This document shows, one piece after another, positions 50,101 to 64,000 of a stretch of 64,000 nt of DNA. Both the position numbers and the translations under genes were made by a program. How positions within the stretch are numbered: the stretch's first letter is position 1; each line of letters starts with the position of its first letter. The notes under the pieces are model-generated. The model was given only the letters and a program-made list of their open reading frames with translations, ran no database searches and was not told the DNA's origin. Source of the DNA: Felis catus (lineage: Eukaryota); NCBI RefSeq assembly GCF_018350175.1, contig NC_058369.1, positions 3,722,001 to 3,786,000 of the forward strand, written 5' to 3'.

Positions 50101-50887
50101 TGGGGATCGCGGGCGGTAGGGGGCTGCCCGGCGTAGTCCGTTCCTGTGTGGGACGCTGGTTACTCAGAACTCCAGATGACCTGTAACCACTCGGACCCTA
50201 CATTGTCACTCCCTCGCCTCCAGCCTCGGTTTCCACATCCGTGGATTGGGCCACCAGCCCCGCCTGTCGTGTTCCGGGACAGTGAGAGAGAATAGTACTC
50301 ACGGAGTGGGGCCAGGGGTGCGGCTGCAGCCCCCACCTTTTTCCTCCAGGCCTGGGAGTGGAGGTTCCAGAAGCCTGTCTGGGCTCATTGTGGGCCCTCT
50401 CCCCCGTCACTCACACCCAGCTCCTTGGTTTGGGGTCTGTTTGAGAGATCGGATCAGACCGTTTGAATAGTCTAGAAACGTCAGCTCATGTGACAGAGTT
50501 CCGACCTTGACGTTGTGTCCTTACGACATGCTTATAACGTGTTATATAACATGTTTCTCACTGGGAAGGAGCCACCTCCCGGGATGTGAGGGACGGACCC
50601 TGTCTTACGACGGCCAGAAGACTCGGGTCATTTTCCACGAATGTTTTTTCCTCACAAGGGCTAGAAAGACCCTGCACTTTGAGCACGCCCTGTCCTGTGC
50701 CCGAAGGGTTCTGCGGCTGCGGCCAGTGCTGTCTGCACCTCCTCACCAGCCCCCGATGCTGTATCAGAACGTGGACGGCAGACGGGACACGGCCACCTAC
50801 CTCCAGACCAGGAGAACCCTTCCGTCCCTGCAGCCGAGAGCGCCCAGAGGCAGAGCATTGAATAGCCCCGTGTGTCTAGAGGGTGTC

Positions 50888-52050
<1,163 letters not shown>

Positions 52051-54214
52051 TGAACTGAGTTCTTGTTCCCAAATGCCCTTGGCTCCACACGTACCCGTCT
52101 GTGTGGTTTTCATTGACAGCTCAAAGGGTGGCAGGTTCCTGGGAGCTGCTGGGCACAGGTGGGCTCGTGTCTACCTGCCTCCCTCACTCCACTCGCTCCC
52201 TTGGCTCCCTCTGGAGCCCGAGACGGCTCTGGGGGCCCGGCGACGGGACGTACACATCCCAGACCCCTAGTCCAGACCCCTAGTTAGTGGGGGGTTGGAG
52301 CCTAGGAGGCAGCAAGGAGGGGCTGGTGGTGGGCGCACAGCTGCTTGGACCAAGGGCCTTCCTCCCAGGACTGCCACCGAGGCCCGAGGCCCCTGTCCCG
52401 GCCTCAGCACAAGATGGCAGTCTTCCCGTCAGGCTGGGCTCGGGCTTTGGCCCAGGGTTTTGGCCCCTCCGGCCTCTGCCCACTGCAGACGGACCCGGTT
52501 ACTCATGGCTCCCTAGTGCTGGGGGCACCCGGCACAGGAGAGCCCCCTCCGGCGAGGCCAATGCGGTGTGAAAATGGGGTACATCCCGCCAGGCTCCCTA
52601 GTGGGAGGCTGGGGGCTCCCCCGAGGAATTGCTTTTGGCTGCTTCTGAGTCAGGGCCCGGGACCAGGGCAGACGGTGCGTCTCCCACCAGATCCAGAAGT
52701 GGGGACCCGGTGGTGATGAGTGCGTGGCGGCTGGCCGCGTGTGGGTGTCGTGGCCGCGAGCTGAGAGTGTAACACGCACGCTGTCCGAGGTTCTGCGTAA
52801 CAAGGGGCGTGAGATGTTGCCCAAGTACTTGGTAGTGCTGCTTATGTAGGCTGTGTTTTCAGATAGATTGGGCGAAACGAAATGTTAAAGTGAACGTCAC
52901 CTGTTCCTCTTTACCGTTTGACCGTGGAGACCAGACACACGAAGATCGCACAGGTGGCTGGCGTTCTATTTCTGGCGGGCAGCTCGGGCCTCGACGAACT
53001 GGCTAACCTTTATTCTTCTAACCACCCGTGTCTCTGGCTCCGCTGTTGGAGTGCGGTTTAGAAAAGGACGCGGGCTTTGTTGGAAGGAGGCTGGAGAGGC
53101 GCTCTGGGGGTTTAAGCGTCGGGATTTTTAGCGGCGGGGGAGGGTGTCTCTGGCAGAGACACTGGCTTCGCTCAAAGAGGAGACGTGTAAAGGAGCCATC
53201 GAACGTCCCGTGTGGGGGTGTGGTTCTGCGTGGACGACCGCAGGCCGCTGTGGGTGGTGAGAGGAAGCTCGGAGAATTCCAGGGGCCCGTGCGCAGAGCC
53301 CCTGCCGCGGCGTGAGCCGCGACTGAGTCGTAAGGTCTGGACGAGATCGCAGGCTTGTCCTGGAGGCGCTGTCAGAGCCGAAGCCGCAGTGGGGCCGGCA
53401 GGGACTGCCCGGATATGAAAAGCAATCTCGGGTTCAGCCGTGTGTTCACAAACAACTGACGTTTGGGAAGTGCCGTCTTAGATTGGGCCTCCACGCTTAC
53501 ATTGCCGGGCGGCGTAGCGTGAAATTACCGAACAAGTGGAGCGCGGTGCTCCGCGCAAGCCGGGGTTCGGGTGGGCGGCCGGGCCCCGTGCCGGGCTCCC
53601 TCGTGGGGCCACCCCAGCTGCCCGGTCCTGTGGCGGGAAGGCGGCGGCGGTGGAGGGGGGGGGGGGTTCCGCCGGGAGCGGCCCTTGGCCGTGGCGCGGC
53701 AGGCCCTGCGGTCCGGGACGTCAGCTCCCGGCCAGGGGATGGGGGCGGCGGTTTCGGCCTCCTGCAAGCCTCGCGGCCCCGTAGAGTCCAGTCCAGGCAG
53801 GAGAGGCGGCTGGCCGTACGGATGACCGCCGAGGCATGTCCGAGGCAGGACCTGGGAGGGGCAGGGAGGTTGTTCGGGTCAGATGGTTCCCGGGGACCTG
53901 CTACGTCCTTGGCCGCGCTTTAGGGAATGGAGCGTGGGGCTGGGGGAGGGTTCTAGCACGATTTTCCTCAGCCAGGGCTTCTCCCTGCCGGCCTGAGCTG
54001 CCCACCCCCATCTCTGCTTGGGCCAGTTCCTTCCAACACCTTCCTCAGACCCCAGGGAGAAGCGTTTCCATTTTCCAGACTTTAGAGACTTTTTACTCGG
54101 TTCTCAGGTTGTTCCTCTTCTCCCAGGCTCCCTCCGTGCTGGTGCACGAGAAGCCCAGCTCTCGGGGTTGGCTGGCCTCTGTCAATGTCAGGAATTCGTG
54201 TGCTTTCTCCTTCT

Positions 54215-54585
54215 AGAAGAGGGGTCTGCAAACCCGGGCCCACAGGCCAAATTTGGCAGGCTGTTTTTGCGTGGTCTGCAACCTGAGAACGGTTTTTTAC
54301 ATTTTTCTAGAGAGTCGTGCAAAAAAAAAACAAACAAACAACAAACCCAAAAAACAAAAAAAGTCACAAGAAGAACATACAGCACACCGGTTCGGTGAAA
54401 CCCAGATTTCCGGTTTATAAATAAAGTTTTATTGGCACCCAGCCACGCCCATTCGTTGGCACGCTGTCTCTGGCTGCTTCCGTCTGTGACGGCGGAGTTG
54501 GGCAGTTGTGACCGAGACCACCTGGCCTGCAGAACTGAAGGCCGTCGCCTCCCGGCCGTTGAAGAGGAGTGAGCTGTCCCTGGTC
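54215..54585. mobile_element. MER58-like hAT relic
   Basis: ggggtctgcaaac ... aggccaaatttggc ... aaataaagttttattggcacccagccacgcccattcgtt ... gagttgggcagttgtgaccgagacc. Confidence 0.75.
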
Positions 54586-55644
54586 TCGAGGATCGATGGT
54601 GCGGGCGGGCCCTAGCCTTTCCTGCCAGCGCCGGCTCCGGCCGGTCAGGGCTGACCCGTTGCCTCCTGCGCCCTTTCCCAGCCCCCAGGGTCTCTGGCGT
54701 CAGAGGGGCTCCCCTCTCAAGCAGGCTGGCCTCCCCGCCCTGAGCTCCACACCCAGCACCGCGGCGGCTGCCCCAAGAGCTTCTGGATGGGCCGGGGAGG
54801 GGGCTGGTGGGCACGGGGAGATGTCCTCCGAAGAGCGTCACTGACCGGACCTCCGTGGCGGAGCAGGAGGCCCAGGCCTCGGGTGCTGGTCGGCCCCCGC
54901 GGGCCAGACGGGCTCCCAGGTTCCTCCGGGCGGGAAAACCCCAGAGGGAGCCCAGGCTTTGCCGCCTCTTGCCAGAGAGCTCTAGGAGGGAGCTCCCCCG
55001 GGCCTCGCGGCCAAGGTCCAGCTTCGAGTCGACGTGGTGTTTCGGTGTCTGCCGTCCTCCGTGGTCTTCCTTCCTGAGCCGCTTGGCCGGCGCTAACGTT
55101 TTCCACCCATCGGCCTCCAGGAGGAGAGCCGCGAGGGCTGCCGGGACCCTCCCGGGCCCGCGCTGTCGGGGGGACGGGCAGGAAGACGCCGCCTGCCTCT
55201 GTGTCCCACCCTCCTGCCGGCTTGTGGATCGCGCAGCCCCGTCACCGAGGCCCCTCGCTTCCCTGGCTTCCGGCCTCACGGGCGCAGGACGGGGCCTCCT
55301 TCTGGGCCGGAGGGTAGAGGGGGTGGCCCCCACCCACCGCACTGCCAGCAACGAGGGGCCAGGGTTTTGTGTAATTAAGGAGAACGCAGCTGGGGGGCCA
55401 GGACGAGCGGAGACCGCTGAGTCCCTGAGGGTCAGGGCCGGGACTCCGAGGAGGGAGCAGCGATGACAGGGACAGGGCTGGGGGGACTTCCTGCCCGCTC
55501 CACCTGCCCCGGCGAGGCGGAAGGACGGGCCGGGCACTTTGAGGGAAACATTCGTAACCCCGCTCTATGGATGGATGGGCGGGGTGGGGGCGGGGGTTGC
55601 CCGAACGTTGCTAGATGTTAGCTCGACGTGGTGGAGTTTGGGTC

Positions 55645-55812
55645 CCTCGAAAACGTACGCTCTCAACGTGTTCCTTCCTTCCTTCCTTCCTTCCTTCCTT
55701 CCTTCCTTCCTTCCTTCCTTCCTCGAAAACGTACGCTCTCAACGTGTTTCTCCTTCCTTCCTTCCTTCCTTCCTTCCTTCCTTCCTTCCTTCCTTCCTTC
55801 CTTCCTTCCTTC
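55645..55812 (+). repeat. Two (TTCC)n microsatellites, each preceded by the same 28-bp unit
   Basis: cctcgaaaacgtacgctctcaacgtgtt at 55645-55672 and 55721-55748. Confidence 0.95.
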
Positions 55813-58800
55813 TTTTTTTTACAACTATTTTTTTTTTGGAAAAACAAGCATAGCTTTCCAGGGGAGGGGGGAGTGGTCTTGCCTTTCCTGGGTGCTTCCT
55901 CCGTAAATGCCCTGCAGCCGCTGGAGGGGAAAGGTTGGGCTGTTTGTCGTCGTGTTCCCGGTGGTTCTCTTGGTTTGTTTCATAAACGGGAATTAGACGC
56001 CAAACTGGGTCGCTCGAGCCCCAGCTTCCTCTCTCCCCTGCCAGACCCGAAGCAAGGGGAGCGGGGAAGGGTACGTGCCAGAGTCGGCATCCTGAGCGCT
56101 GCTGTGCTGAGGGTCCCGGAGGGAGCTGCACCTACAGGGAGAGGGTGACAGGTGGGCGGGGGGCCCCGGGGACCCCGGGACACTACGGGGCCTGCGCGCG
56201 GAGTGAGTGGGGGGCCTGTCCCCCCCGCACCCCCCCCTTCCCGGGTCACACGCAGCCCTTGCCGCGTCTGTTTTGAGCCCTGCCCTTCCTCGGCCGGACC
56301 CCTCCTCGGAGGTAGCCCTGTCTCTCCTTTCCTTCCGTCTCTCTTCTTTTCTGTCTCCATCTCCAGCTTTACCGATGGCACCACCCTGCCTCAAGGTGAC
56401 TCTGAACCTCGCGACCTCGCGAGGACCAGAGAGGTGAAGTGACTTTGCCAAGGTCACGGCAGCAAGCGGGCCGGGCCCAGAACGCCCACTCCCTTCCCGT
56501 CTCCCTCCCCCCGCTTGGAGGCGTGCGCCTGTTGAGGGACCCCCTCCCCACCCGAGGGCGTCTCTACAGGCTGGTGGCCTCCTCCTGGCTGGGGTCCGGG
56601 GCTCGGCGGGGGCGGCAGAGTCGCCTCCCGAGGCCTGTGCTCCATTTCTAAGGACGGAATTCCCTGGGCACGTGCTCAGACGGGCAGGCTTTGTAGTGGG
56701 ATTGCTGTCGGGGGAGATCAGAGGGGTGCGCCAGCTTCACTCGGAGAAGATCAACGCGCCCGCACCAGCCCTTCTAGGCCTGAGCTCGAATTAGCCCCAC
56801 GGGGCCGCACGCCACGTTGGATTAGCTCAGCGCGGCCCCAACTCCCCCCGCGGTGGGCGGCACTGGGCGAGGCCTGGCAAGGGGCTCTCTCCCCCACTGA
56901 GGTGGTGCCGGCATCGCAGACCGCCCCACGAGGCAGGTGCACAAGTTGACTTCAGATGAAACAGAGCGAGAGAGATTTAGAACCCGTTTTGAACGGCCGG
57001 GAGCCTGGGTGCGCTGAACTGGGTCTCCGCCAGCTGTCTGGGCCACCCGCCTGCCGAGAGCTCAGCTTCCCCGGGAACTGTCGGCTCCCCCCAGAAGCAT
57101 CTAGCGGGGAGCGGCTTCTGTGGAGTGTGGAAGAGGGGAGAGGGCCCCCGGGCTCCCAGATGCACTGCGTACAGGGGGAGGGGCCTCTTCTGAAGCCCCG
57201 GCCGGGGACGCCTTTGTCTGCATTACCGTCAGCCGTGAGCCACCTTGCGTGGCTCGGGTGCCTTCTGTGTGGGGAGCACGCGGTCGGCTGCAGCGGTTAT
57301 CCGGGAGCCCGAGGGGAGGTGGCCGGAGGCAGGGCCGGGGTGAGGGCGGGGGCGTGAGGAAGAGGGCCGGAGCGGGCTGCCGCGACCCGCCCGGGCTGGA
57401 GGTGGGGCCGGGCACCTGGCCTTCTGCGCCTCGCTGCCCCTGTGATTTATGGCCCCAGACGGGCAGGTGCGCAGGGCTCGCGGAAAAGTGCTCTGTGAGA
57501 TACGTGTTTCCCTCGCTCTTTCCCCGGAGCTTCCTGTCACTCTCTCCTCTTCCCGGTGCAGAAGTTCTGGGTGTTAGAGTCGCGCGGTAGCTCGGGACGG
57601 CCCCCAGGCCTCTCGGTCGTCTCGTTTCAGATTCGACCGCATATGGTGTCCTCCGTGGCCTTTGTCAGTGTGGTGGGAGTGTTCTGGGAAGCATGCCTGG
57701 CACCGAGCGCCCAGTCTGTTAGTATCACCGTGTTGGTCGTTGGCATTAGCAGGCTGGAGTGGGAGACGGGAGGGCCCGGGCTGCAGACAGACAGGAAGAC
57801 TCTCCCGGCCGTCCTGGTGGGCCAAGGTCACCCAGGTGGGCCCCAGAGAGGACAGCGACAGGTGAGGTTTCCTTTATAGAGAAAGGGGAGGAGGTGTGCC
57901 ACTGTAGCCCCGGCCTCGCCGGGGCCGCGTTGTGCTGGGTCCAAGGCCAGCGACCTTGCCGGCCCGGCTGGCTGTGGGGCGTGCGGGAAGCAGCCCCCGG
58001 TCGAGGACCGAGGGGAGCCCCGGGAGCCGTGCACCTAATTGTTTTGTTTATGAAGCGCTTCTGAGAGCTTCCAGTGGATTTCCTAATGAACTGGTTTGTT
58101 ATGTCTCTCGCTGCAGCGCTGGTAATTACATCAGAAACAGGGGGCCGCGGCGTCTGTGAGCCATCGCGAGCAGATGTGGGCTCCGTGGCTGGGTTTCTGC
58201 CCCCGTCGGTGGGCGTTTAACGCTTTGTGGGCCCAAGTGCCTAGTAGCCCGAGTGCTCTGGAAGGTGCGTGCCTGGCCCTCGCCTGGCCGGGCAGAGGGC
58301 AGAGGGCAGAGGGCGGAGGCGGCGTGCGGGTTCGGGCACCCGGCTCTGCAGGGACGGGGAGCCGTCGGCCGGAAGACGGCCCTCGCTGGCCCGGCCTCAC
58401 CACCTGGGGTTTGCTGCTTCCGAGGGTGCCCCGTCCTCGTGCGCGCCAGGGACCGTGCGGGCCGCTGGTCTGTCTGTGGCCGTTGGCTGCTGACCCGCCC
58501 GCCGGGCCCTGGCGAAGCTCCGCCCCAGTTCCTGACGTCGGGAGGCCCGGGAGCTGGTGCCGCTCCTGCTCCTGTGGCGGGAAAGTGCGAGGGTCCCGGT
58601 GCACGCATGCTGTTTGGGTCGATGATTTCATCGAACCGTGTTTAATAATTTTCCCCTCTAGGCCGGCAGCGCGTCCTCTCTGTCCCATTTGGCTCTTTCG
58701 CACGAGCGGACTCTAATGTCTGTTCAGTTTTTCAGAAGAGATGGCCTCCGATTAAAGCTCAGTGCTATTTAAATTGGGGGAAACGCGGCAAACGGGACTC

Positions 58801-59503
58801 GTCAGGCCCTGAGGCGGCCCGGCCTCGTTACTGTCTCGCGCACCCCGGTCATTTCCAGGGCCGCCCGGGTGTCCTGGGGCAGCCCCGGCCCAGACCGCCC
58901 ACCGCTGGAGCCCCCAACGAGGGCGCCCGGCGTTCTGATTGCTGGCGGCCCTGCCGTGACGTGTCCACCTTTTCTGTGGCCGTGGTCGTGCCACCGGGGG
59001 CCCAGCACAGATCGGAGCGCGAGGCGGGCCGGGGATGCTGGGAGCGAATGGGGCAGCTGGGGGGCCAGAGGAGCTGGGGTCCTAACGCAGGCCCTCCCCT
59101 GAGGCTACCAGCCCTGTCGGCCTGGGGCGGGACCCTCGGGTCCGAATGGAGCGTGTGCAGCCCCGCGAGCCTGCGCCAAGTGCCCCCCCCAGGCCCTCCC
59201 CCGCCCGACTTCCGCCAGCATGGTCTTCCCGCTCAGCGGGGAGGTCCTCAGGGGACCTGGGCGCCTGCCGGCCTCGTGCCCTGGCCGTGGCAGCCTCAGT
59301 CCCCGTTTCCCCTCCTCTGCAAAACGGACGTTCCCGTATTAGTGTGGTGGTGACTTTGGTCTCACGTGTTGTCAGGGACGTCCATCCCCGCAGGTGACCC
59401 TCTTCCGTGACCTCCCTGCTGCCTGGGGACAAGCCGAAACGTTCTGTGGTGGGAGGGCCAGGAGGGGCGTGCTGAGCGGTCGGTTTAAATCGGAATCTGC
59501 ATC

Positions 59504-59693
59504 GGGGCGCCTGGGGGGCTCCGTCGGTCGGGCGGCCGACTTCGGCTCGGGTCGTGATCTCGCGGTCCGTGGGTTCGAGCCCCGCGTCGGGCTCTGGAGC
59601 CCGCTTCGGATTCTGTGTCTCCCTCTCTTTCTCTGCCCCTCCCCTGCTCGTTCTCTGTCTCTCTGTGTCTCAAAAATAAAGACACGTTAAAAA
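59504..59693 (+). mobile_element. Can-SINE with internal deletion
   Basis: ggggcgcctggggggctccgtcgg ... ggttcgagccc ... aaaataaa. Confidence 0.9.
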
Positions 59694-59870
59694 TCAGTCA
59701 GAATCCGCCTCTTAAAGAACGTGGACTTGCGCACACGTGGGGTAAGGAGAGCCGGACGAGAAGAGTGGGATCACATGGAGGTGGTTTCCGTTAGCAGAGT
59801 CAGCTGAGGGAAGTGAACTCCACGGTCACTCACGCTGTCATCCCATTAGTTTAGTACGCAGGGGATTCTT

Positions 59871-60090
59871 TTTCTTTTTAAGGGGCCGATTCTGGGGTTT
59901 TTTAGCGTTTACTTATTTTTGAGAGAGAGAGAGACAGAGACAGAGCAGGCGAGGGGTAGAGAATCCGAAGCAGGCTCCAGGCTCCGAACTGTCCTCACAG
60001 AGCCCGACACGGGGCTCAAACTCAAGAGCCGTGAGATCATGACCTGAGCTAAAGTCGGACGCGTAACCGACGGAGCCCCCCAGCCTCCCC
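59871..60090 (-). mobile_element. Can-SINE
   Basis: SINE body; TSD ggggattctt at 59861-59870 and 60098-60107. Confidence 0.9.
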
Positions 60091-62849
60091 AGCATATGGG
60101 GATTCTTAAGTACGGAGAAGATTGGAAACAACCCGGACACGGCGGGTCCCCGGCCCTTCCAATTGCAGGCATTCAGGGCCCCGTGTCCGTCGGGAGCGGC
60201 CAAGCTCCGCGCACGAGTTTTGTGTGTTTGCTCCCGGTGGAGCCCTCGGAAGCAGCGTTGGGAGGTCGCGTCTGGAGCCCGGCCCACGGAGACCGGCGAC
60301 GCGTGGCCCGGGCTTAGAGGCGGAGGGGGGTGCGGACCCCGGGGCTCCCGCGGGCCAGGAGCCACAGTGGCTTTGAGGTCACTGAGGACAGGCTGCGGAG
60401 GCGTGTGGCGGGGCCGCTGGTGGAGTCAGCACAGGAGGGAGCTCTCCTTTTGCAAAAACAGCGTCCGAGGAAGGTCTCGCTTTTGGTGTTTTTACTGCAC
60501 TTTACAGAAGCACAGCGGTTTGCTTGCTTTCGGTCATTCTGCGCGGGATCGGTGTGGCTGGGAAAGGGTGAGTCCTCGGATGGTGGGACTCAGATGCAGA
60601 GAAACAGTTGGGCGGCCCGGCTCCTGACAGATGAGCGGCGCGGGAGGGGCGGGAGGAGTAGGCGGGGGTCTCGCTCCAGGAGCGGAAATGCGCCGACTGC
60701 CCTGCCAGCCCGGGCCGGGGGCCCTGCATGCGTCAGCTCATCTGACAGCCCTGCGGCGCGCGGCCGGCCTCCCCCCAGAAGGGTTTGCTGTAATGACATT
60801 CTGCCCCCTCCCCGTCTCTGTGGCCCAGATGTGGCGCCAGCCTCCCGAGGAAGATGTAGGGGTGTACTTCTGGGCCTGCGGGCTGACGCTTTCTCTCCAG
60901 TTGGCAAAATGCTTGCAGAGGAGACCCTGCACCCGGCCGCACAGACTCCAGCGCGCTCCCTAGCCGGCTGTGTCCTTGGCGGTGATGGGGAGCCGGGGGG
61001 GGGGCCTGTGTGGCGCCCAGTCCCAGAGCAGCCACGGGTCGCTGGCCGCCTGCCACCTGCTGACTCAGACCTGAACCCGCCCTCCCACGTGGCTGGGCAG
61101 CATTCTGTGCGCTCTGGCGAAGGCCGTCGGGAGGGCCACGTCATGAGATCCTCTAAGTCGTGTCGGGCGTTAACGTTCATTCCCGTGAAAAGGTTGAGTT
61201 TACTCCGCTTTATGGCCCAGAGAGGGAGACCCGGCGTCAAGGTTGTAGAGCTCGGTTATCATCAGGGTCTCGTGTTGGCGGTGGTTCTGGGAGTCCCTGC
61301 CGCCACGTGCCCTGAGTGCCAGGGGCCTGTCCCCTGTCCTCCCCGGCCCACACAGTGCTGGGTGGAGCCGAGTGCTGCTGGGCCCCGAGGGCCACCCGCG
61401 CTGAGCCTGACGATATGCCAGTTTCTATTTTGTCACGCTCTGGGGAGAAGAAGCCTGTTCGTCCCCGCTTGTGGCCCCTGCTCTGATAAGCGGCGGCAGG
61501 CCTCCTCCCTGTCCTGTTTTCTCATTTTCCTCGACCCCGCAGCAGATCCTGGGAGACCTACGCGTGAACGTCGGGCTGTTTGATGTGTCAGGCTTCCAGC
61601 CTGGGGTGACAGCCTCCCTGCTCCGGGCTCGGTGCTCAGATTAGGCCCGGGGCCCCTGAACTCCACGGTCGTGACTCTTGTCATTTGTCATCTGGAAGTG
61701 ACAAGAGTGCTTCTTGTTGAGCCTCTGGCTGGTGCTCTCAAGATCCCCGGCCTTCTGTGACAGAAGTCATCCCCTGGGGTGACAGAGGCCTGTGCTTATG
61801 GGACAGAAGGCTCCGTGTCGGGGGCACTGTGTCTGGGGACCAGCTGGGGCCCTGGCTGGGCTCCTGCTGCCCCCAGCCCTCCTGCCTTCTCTCTCTCCTC
61901 TCCCCCCACCCTCTCCCCTCCCCCACCGGTGCTCTCGGGGACCTTGGCGAGATGTCCGTGAGACTCAGTCCCCGGGTGGGCGCAGAGGCATCGCGGCCTG
62001 GCCCTCCCCCAGGGTGCTTATGTGGAGGGGCCGGACGAGGAGAGGGCACAGTAGGTGAGTGCTCCCAGCGACCAGGGAGGGTGGATGGGGCCCTGCTGTG
62101 CCCTCTGTGCACCTGTCTCCTCACGCGTTTTTATCCCCTCCGCATCGTAGCCAGAGCTGCTGAGGGCAGGTACTAGCGGGCGGCGACACCTGACCACTTC
62201 GTCCCTGTAGCTCAGAGCACACAGTAGTCGGCACGCAGGAGACAGGGCTCTCTCTGAGCTGCGAGTCCGAGACCCTTTTGCTCTGGGTTCTTCTGATGGC
62301 TTGTGTTGCAGATTCGAACCTTGGTGCCTCTCTTTTTAAACATCCTAAAGCCTTAGGAAGTTAAAGGCCCGTAAAGCACAGGTCCACACCGGGTCAGCTG
62401 TTCTGAAGGCTGCAGGCGGCTTGCCGCCAGCCCCGGGTGACGGGAGTCCCTTGGGGAAGCCACTCCCGCGACTTGGGCCTCGTGTGATGTCTCTGCTGGT
62501 AGGTGTGGCACCTTGGGACTGATTCGGGAACAAAACCCCACCCGCACGCCCACCACCCCAGAGGAGAGGAGAGAGACCCGCCCCGACGGGGTGGGTCCTG
62601 CCAGGCCCTCCGAGGCCCTTTCGGGCTCTGGCGGCTATGTTTCCCCGGTGAATGGCCAGCTCGGGCGGCAGATATGGAGGGCAGGGGGCCCAGAGAAGAC
62701 GGAGCCTGAGGCCGGGCCTCTGCGCGCCAGGCTCCGGACGCTTCCTGGCACCCGGCGAGAGCTGGATTCCGGAAGCAGATGGAAGGGGTGTGCAGCCTGC
62801 TCTCCTGGGTATGAAGACCAGGACCGCAGTAAGTCCTCACGAGGACGTC

Positions 62850-63200
62850 CGTCTTGGTCGGCTCCAGCTGCTGTAATGAAGTACCGTGGGCGGGGCGGGG
62901 GGGAGGTTATAAACAGTGGGAACGGGTTCCCCACACTTGGGGAGACTGGACGTCTGAGACCAGGGACCAGCGAGGCTGGGCTCGGGTGAGAGCCGTCTGG
63001 CAGATTGTGGACGGCTGCCTTCTCGCCGGACCCTCGCGTGGAGGAGGTGGGGACAGGACGGGGCGGGGAGTGGGGGACTCCGTTTCACTGTAGTTACCTG
63101 CTGACGTCCCCGTCTCTGCTTGCAGTCGCGTTAGGGGTTGGGGCTTCAACACGGGAACTCGGGGCGGGGGCGGGGGGGACACAACTCCGTCCATAGCACG
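62850..63200 (-). mobile_element. MLT1/MST-like MaLR LTR relic
   Basis: gctgctgtaatgaagtacc ... ataaacag ... ttggggagactggacgtctgagacca ... ggggcttcaacacgggaact ... gggggacacaactccgtccatagca. Confidence 0.6.
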
Positions 63201-64000
63201 GAGTCTGTGGTGGCTCCCCCGCGGGTCCTTCGGCCTCAGGCTACCTATAAAGGTCGCCCTGCCCCCCACATCGAGGGACCGCACGCTTTCTGTAAAGGGC
63301 CCCACGCGGTCTGTGTGGGACGGCCCCACCCTGCCGTCGGAGCGCCCGCACAGCCGTGGCCGCGGCCGCGTGCCAGGAAAACCTTATTCATGCTCAGGTG
63401 GGGGCCTGCGTTTGCCCACCCTCGCCTCAAGGGACACTCCTGCCCAATAAAGAGATTTAGGAAACTAAGCAGCTTGGTCGGCGGGTCGTTGGGCCCCACG
63501 GTTGAAAGGGCCCCGGTAGGTGTTTGACGAACGTCCTTGGCTTGTTCTGAAGATTTTTGGTCGTGATGGCGGCTTCAGTGTACTTGGGATGGCGCGTAGC
63601 GTGACTCTTGAGATGACGGACCTCTCCTGAGGATGGTTCTGCCACTTAAATGGTGTCCCGGCCCGACGGGCGGACCTATCTCGTTGCCCAGGACTGTTGA
63701 CCAGCCTGCTTACAGTTCTGGATCGAGCCGGCTCTGTCTGGATTTCTCACTTCCTTGGGTGAGATCCCTCGGGGTAGGGGTGGGGCTGGCGGCTGCTGTC
63801 CCCACCAGCCTGGCCTTGGTCGGGGCAGGCTGGGCAGGCCTGTCCTCGGAGGGGTTCTGGTTTTGCGAGGGGGGGGGCACTGTCTCTCCTCTGCTGTCGT
63901 TTCGCAGCACGCGTTTTGCCCGCGTTGCGGGAGGGCCACCGCACGTACCGCGTGAATGAGCTACAACCCGGCTCTGGGAGGCAGGCTGTCGGGCCCCTCT

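Noticed and set aside
54418..54426. AATAAA in intron 9
   Set aside because: Part of the MER58-like sequence; no supporting terminal-exon structure.
54188..55537. 449-aa minus-strand ORF (also 60330-61583, 5076-6173, 31769-32728, 27029-27964)
   Set aside because: Low-complexity Pro/Arg/Gly/Ala sequence, no recognisable domain, some run through transposon relics; expected from stop-codon scarcity in GC-rich DNA.
55645..55812. 28-bp direct repeats with spacers, superficially CRISPR-like
   Set aside because: Only two units, the spacers are microsatellite, the DNA is mammalian, and there are no cas genes.

Overview
Eukaryotic, GC/CpG-rich genomic DNA from a felid, judged by abundant Can-SINEs of the SINEC_Fc type and carnivore L1 3' ends. 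The window lies within KDM4B (JMJD2B, H3K9me3/H3K36me3 JmjC demethylase) on the + strand. Seven coding exons are resolved to the base with GT-AG boundaries: 12905-13045, 18195-18370, 18889-19003, 21855-22048, 42798-42847, 46936-47039 and 51490-51627. They splice into an intact 918-nt frame (residues 1-306, JmjN and essentially all of JmjC, Fe ligands H189/E191/H277). I number them exons 3-9 by analogy to the human gene as I recall it. The promoter, upstream non-coding exons and the remaining CDS were not found in the window. The rest is intron: about 19 SINEs (several nested or stacked, with readable target-site duplications), L1, MLT1, MER20 and MER58 relics, microsatellites and AT-rich islands. 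Nearly all other ORFs in the supplied track are GC- or repeat-derived artefacts. I see no evidence for a wholly new gene or system. The best leads are regulatory and splicing hypotheses: a perfect ERE, seven TACGTG (HIF) motifs beside a consensus CTCF site, a candidate poison-exon splice-signal cluster, exons starting with GT (recursive-splicing candidates), and a frame-closed exon 6-9 block suited to circularisation. Repeat family names come from recalled consensus sequences, not a search.
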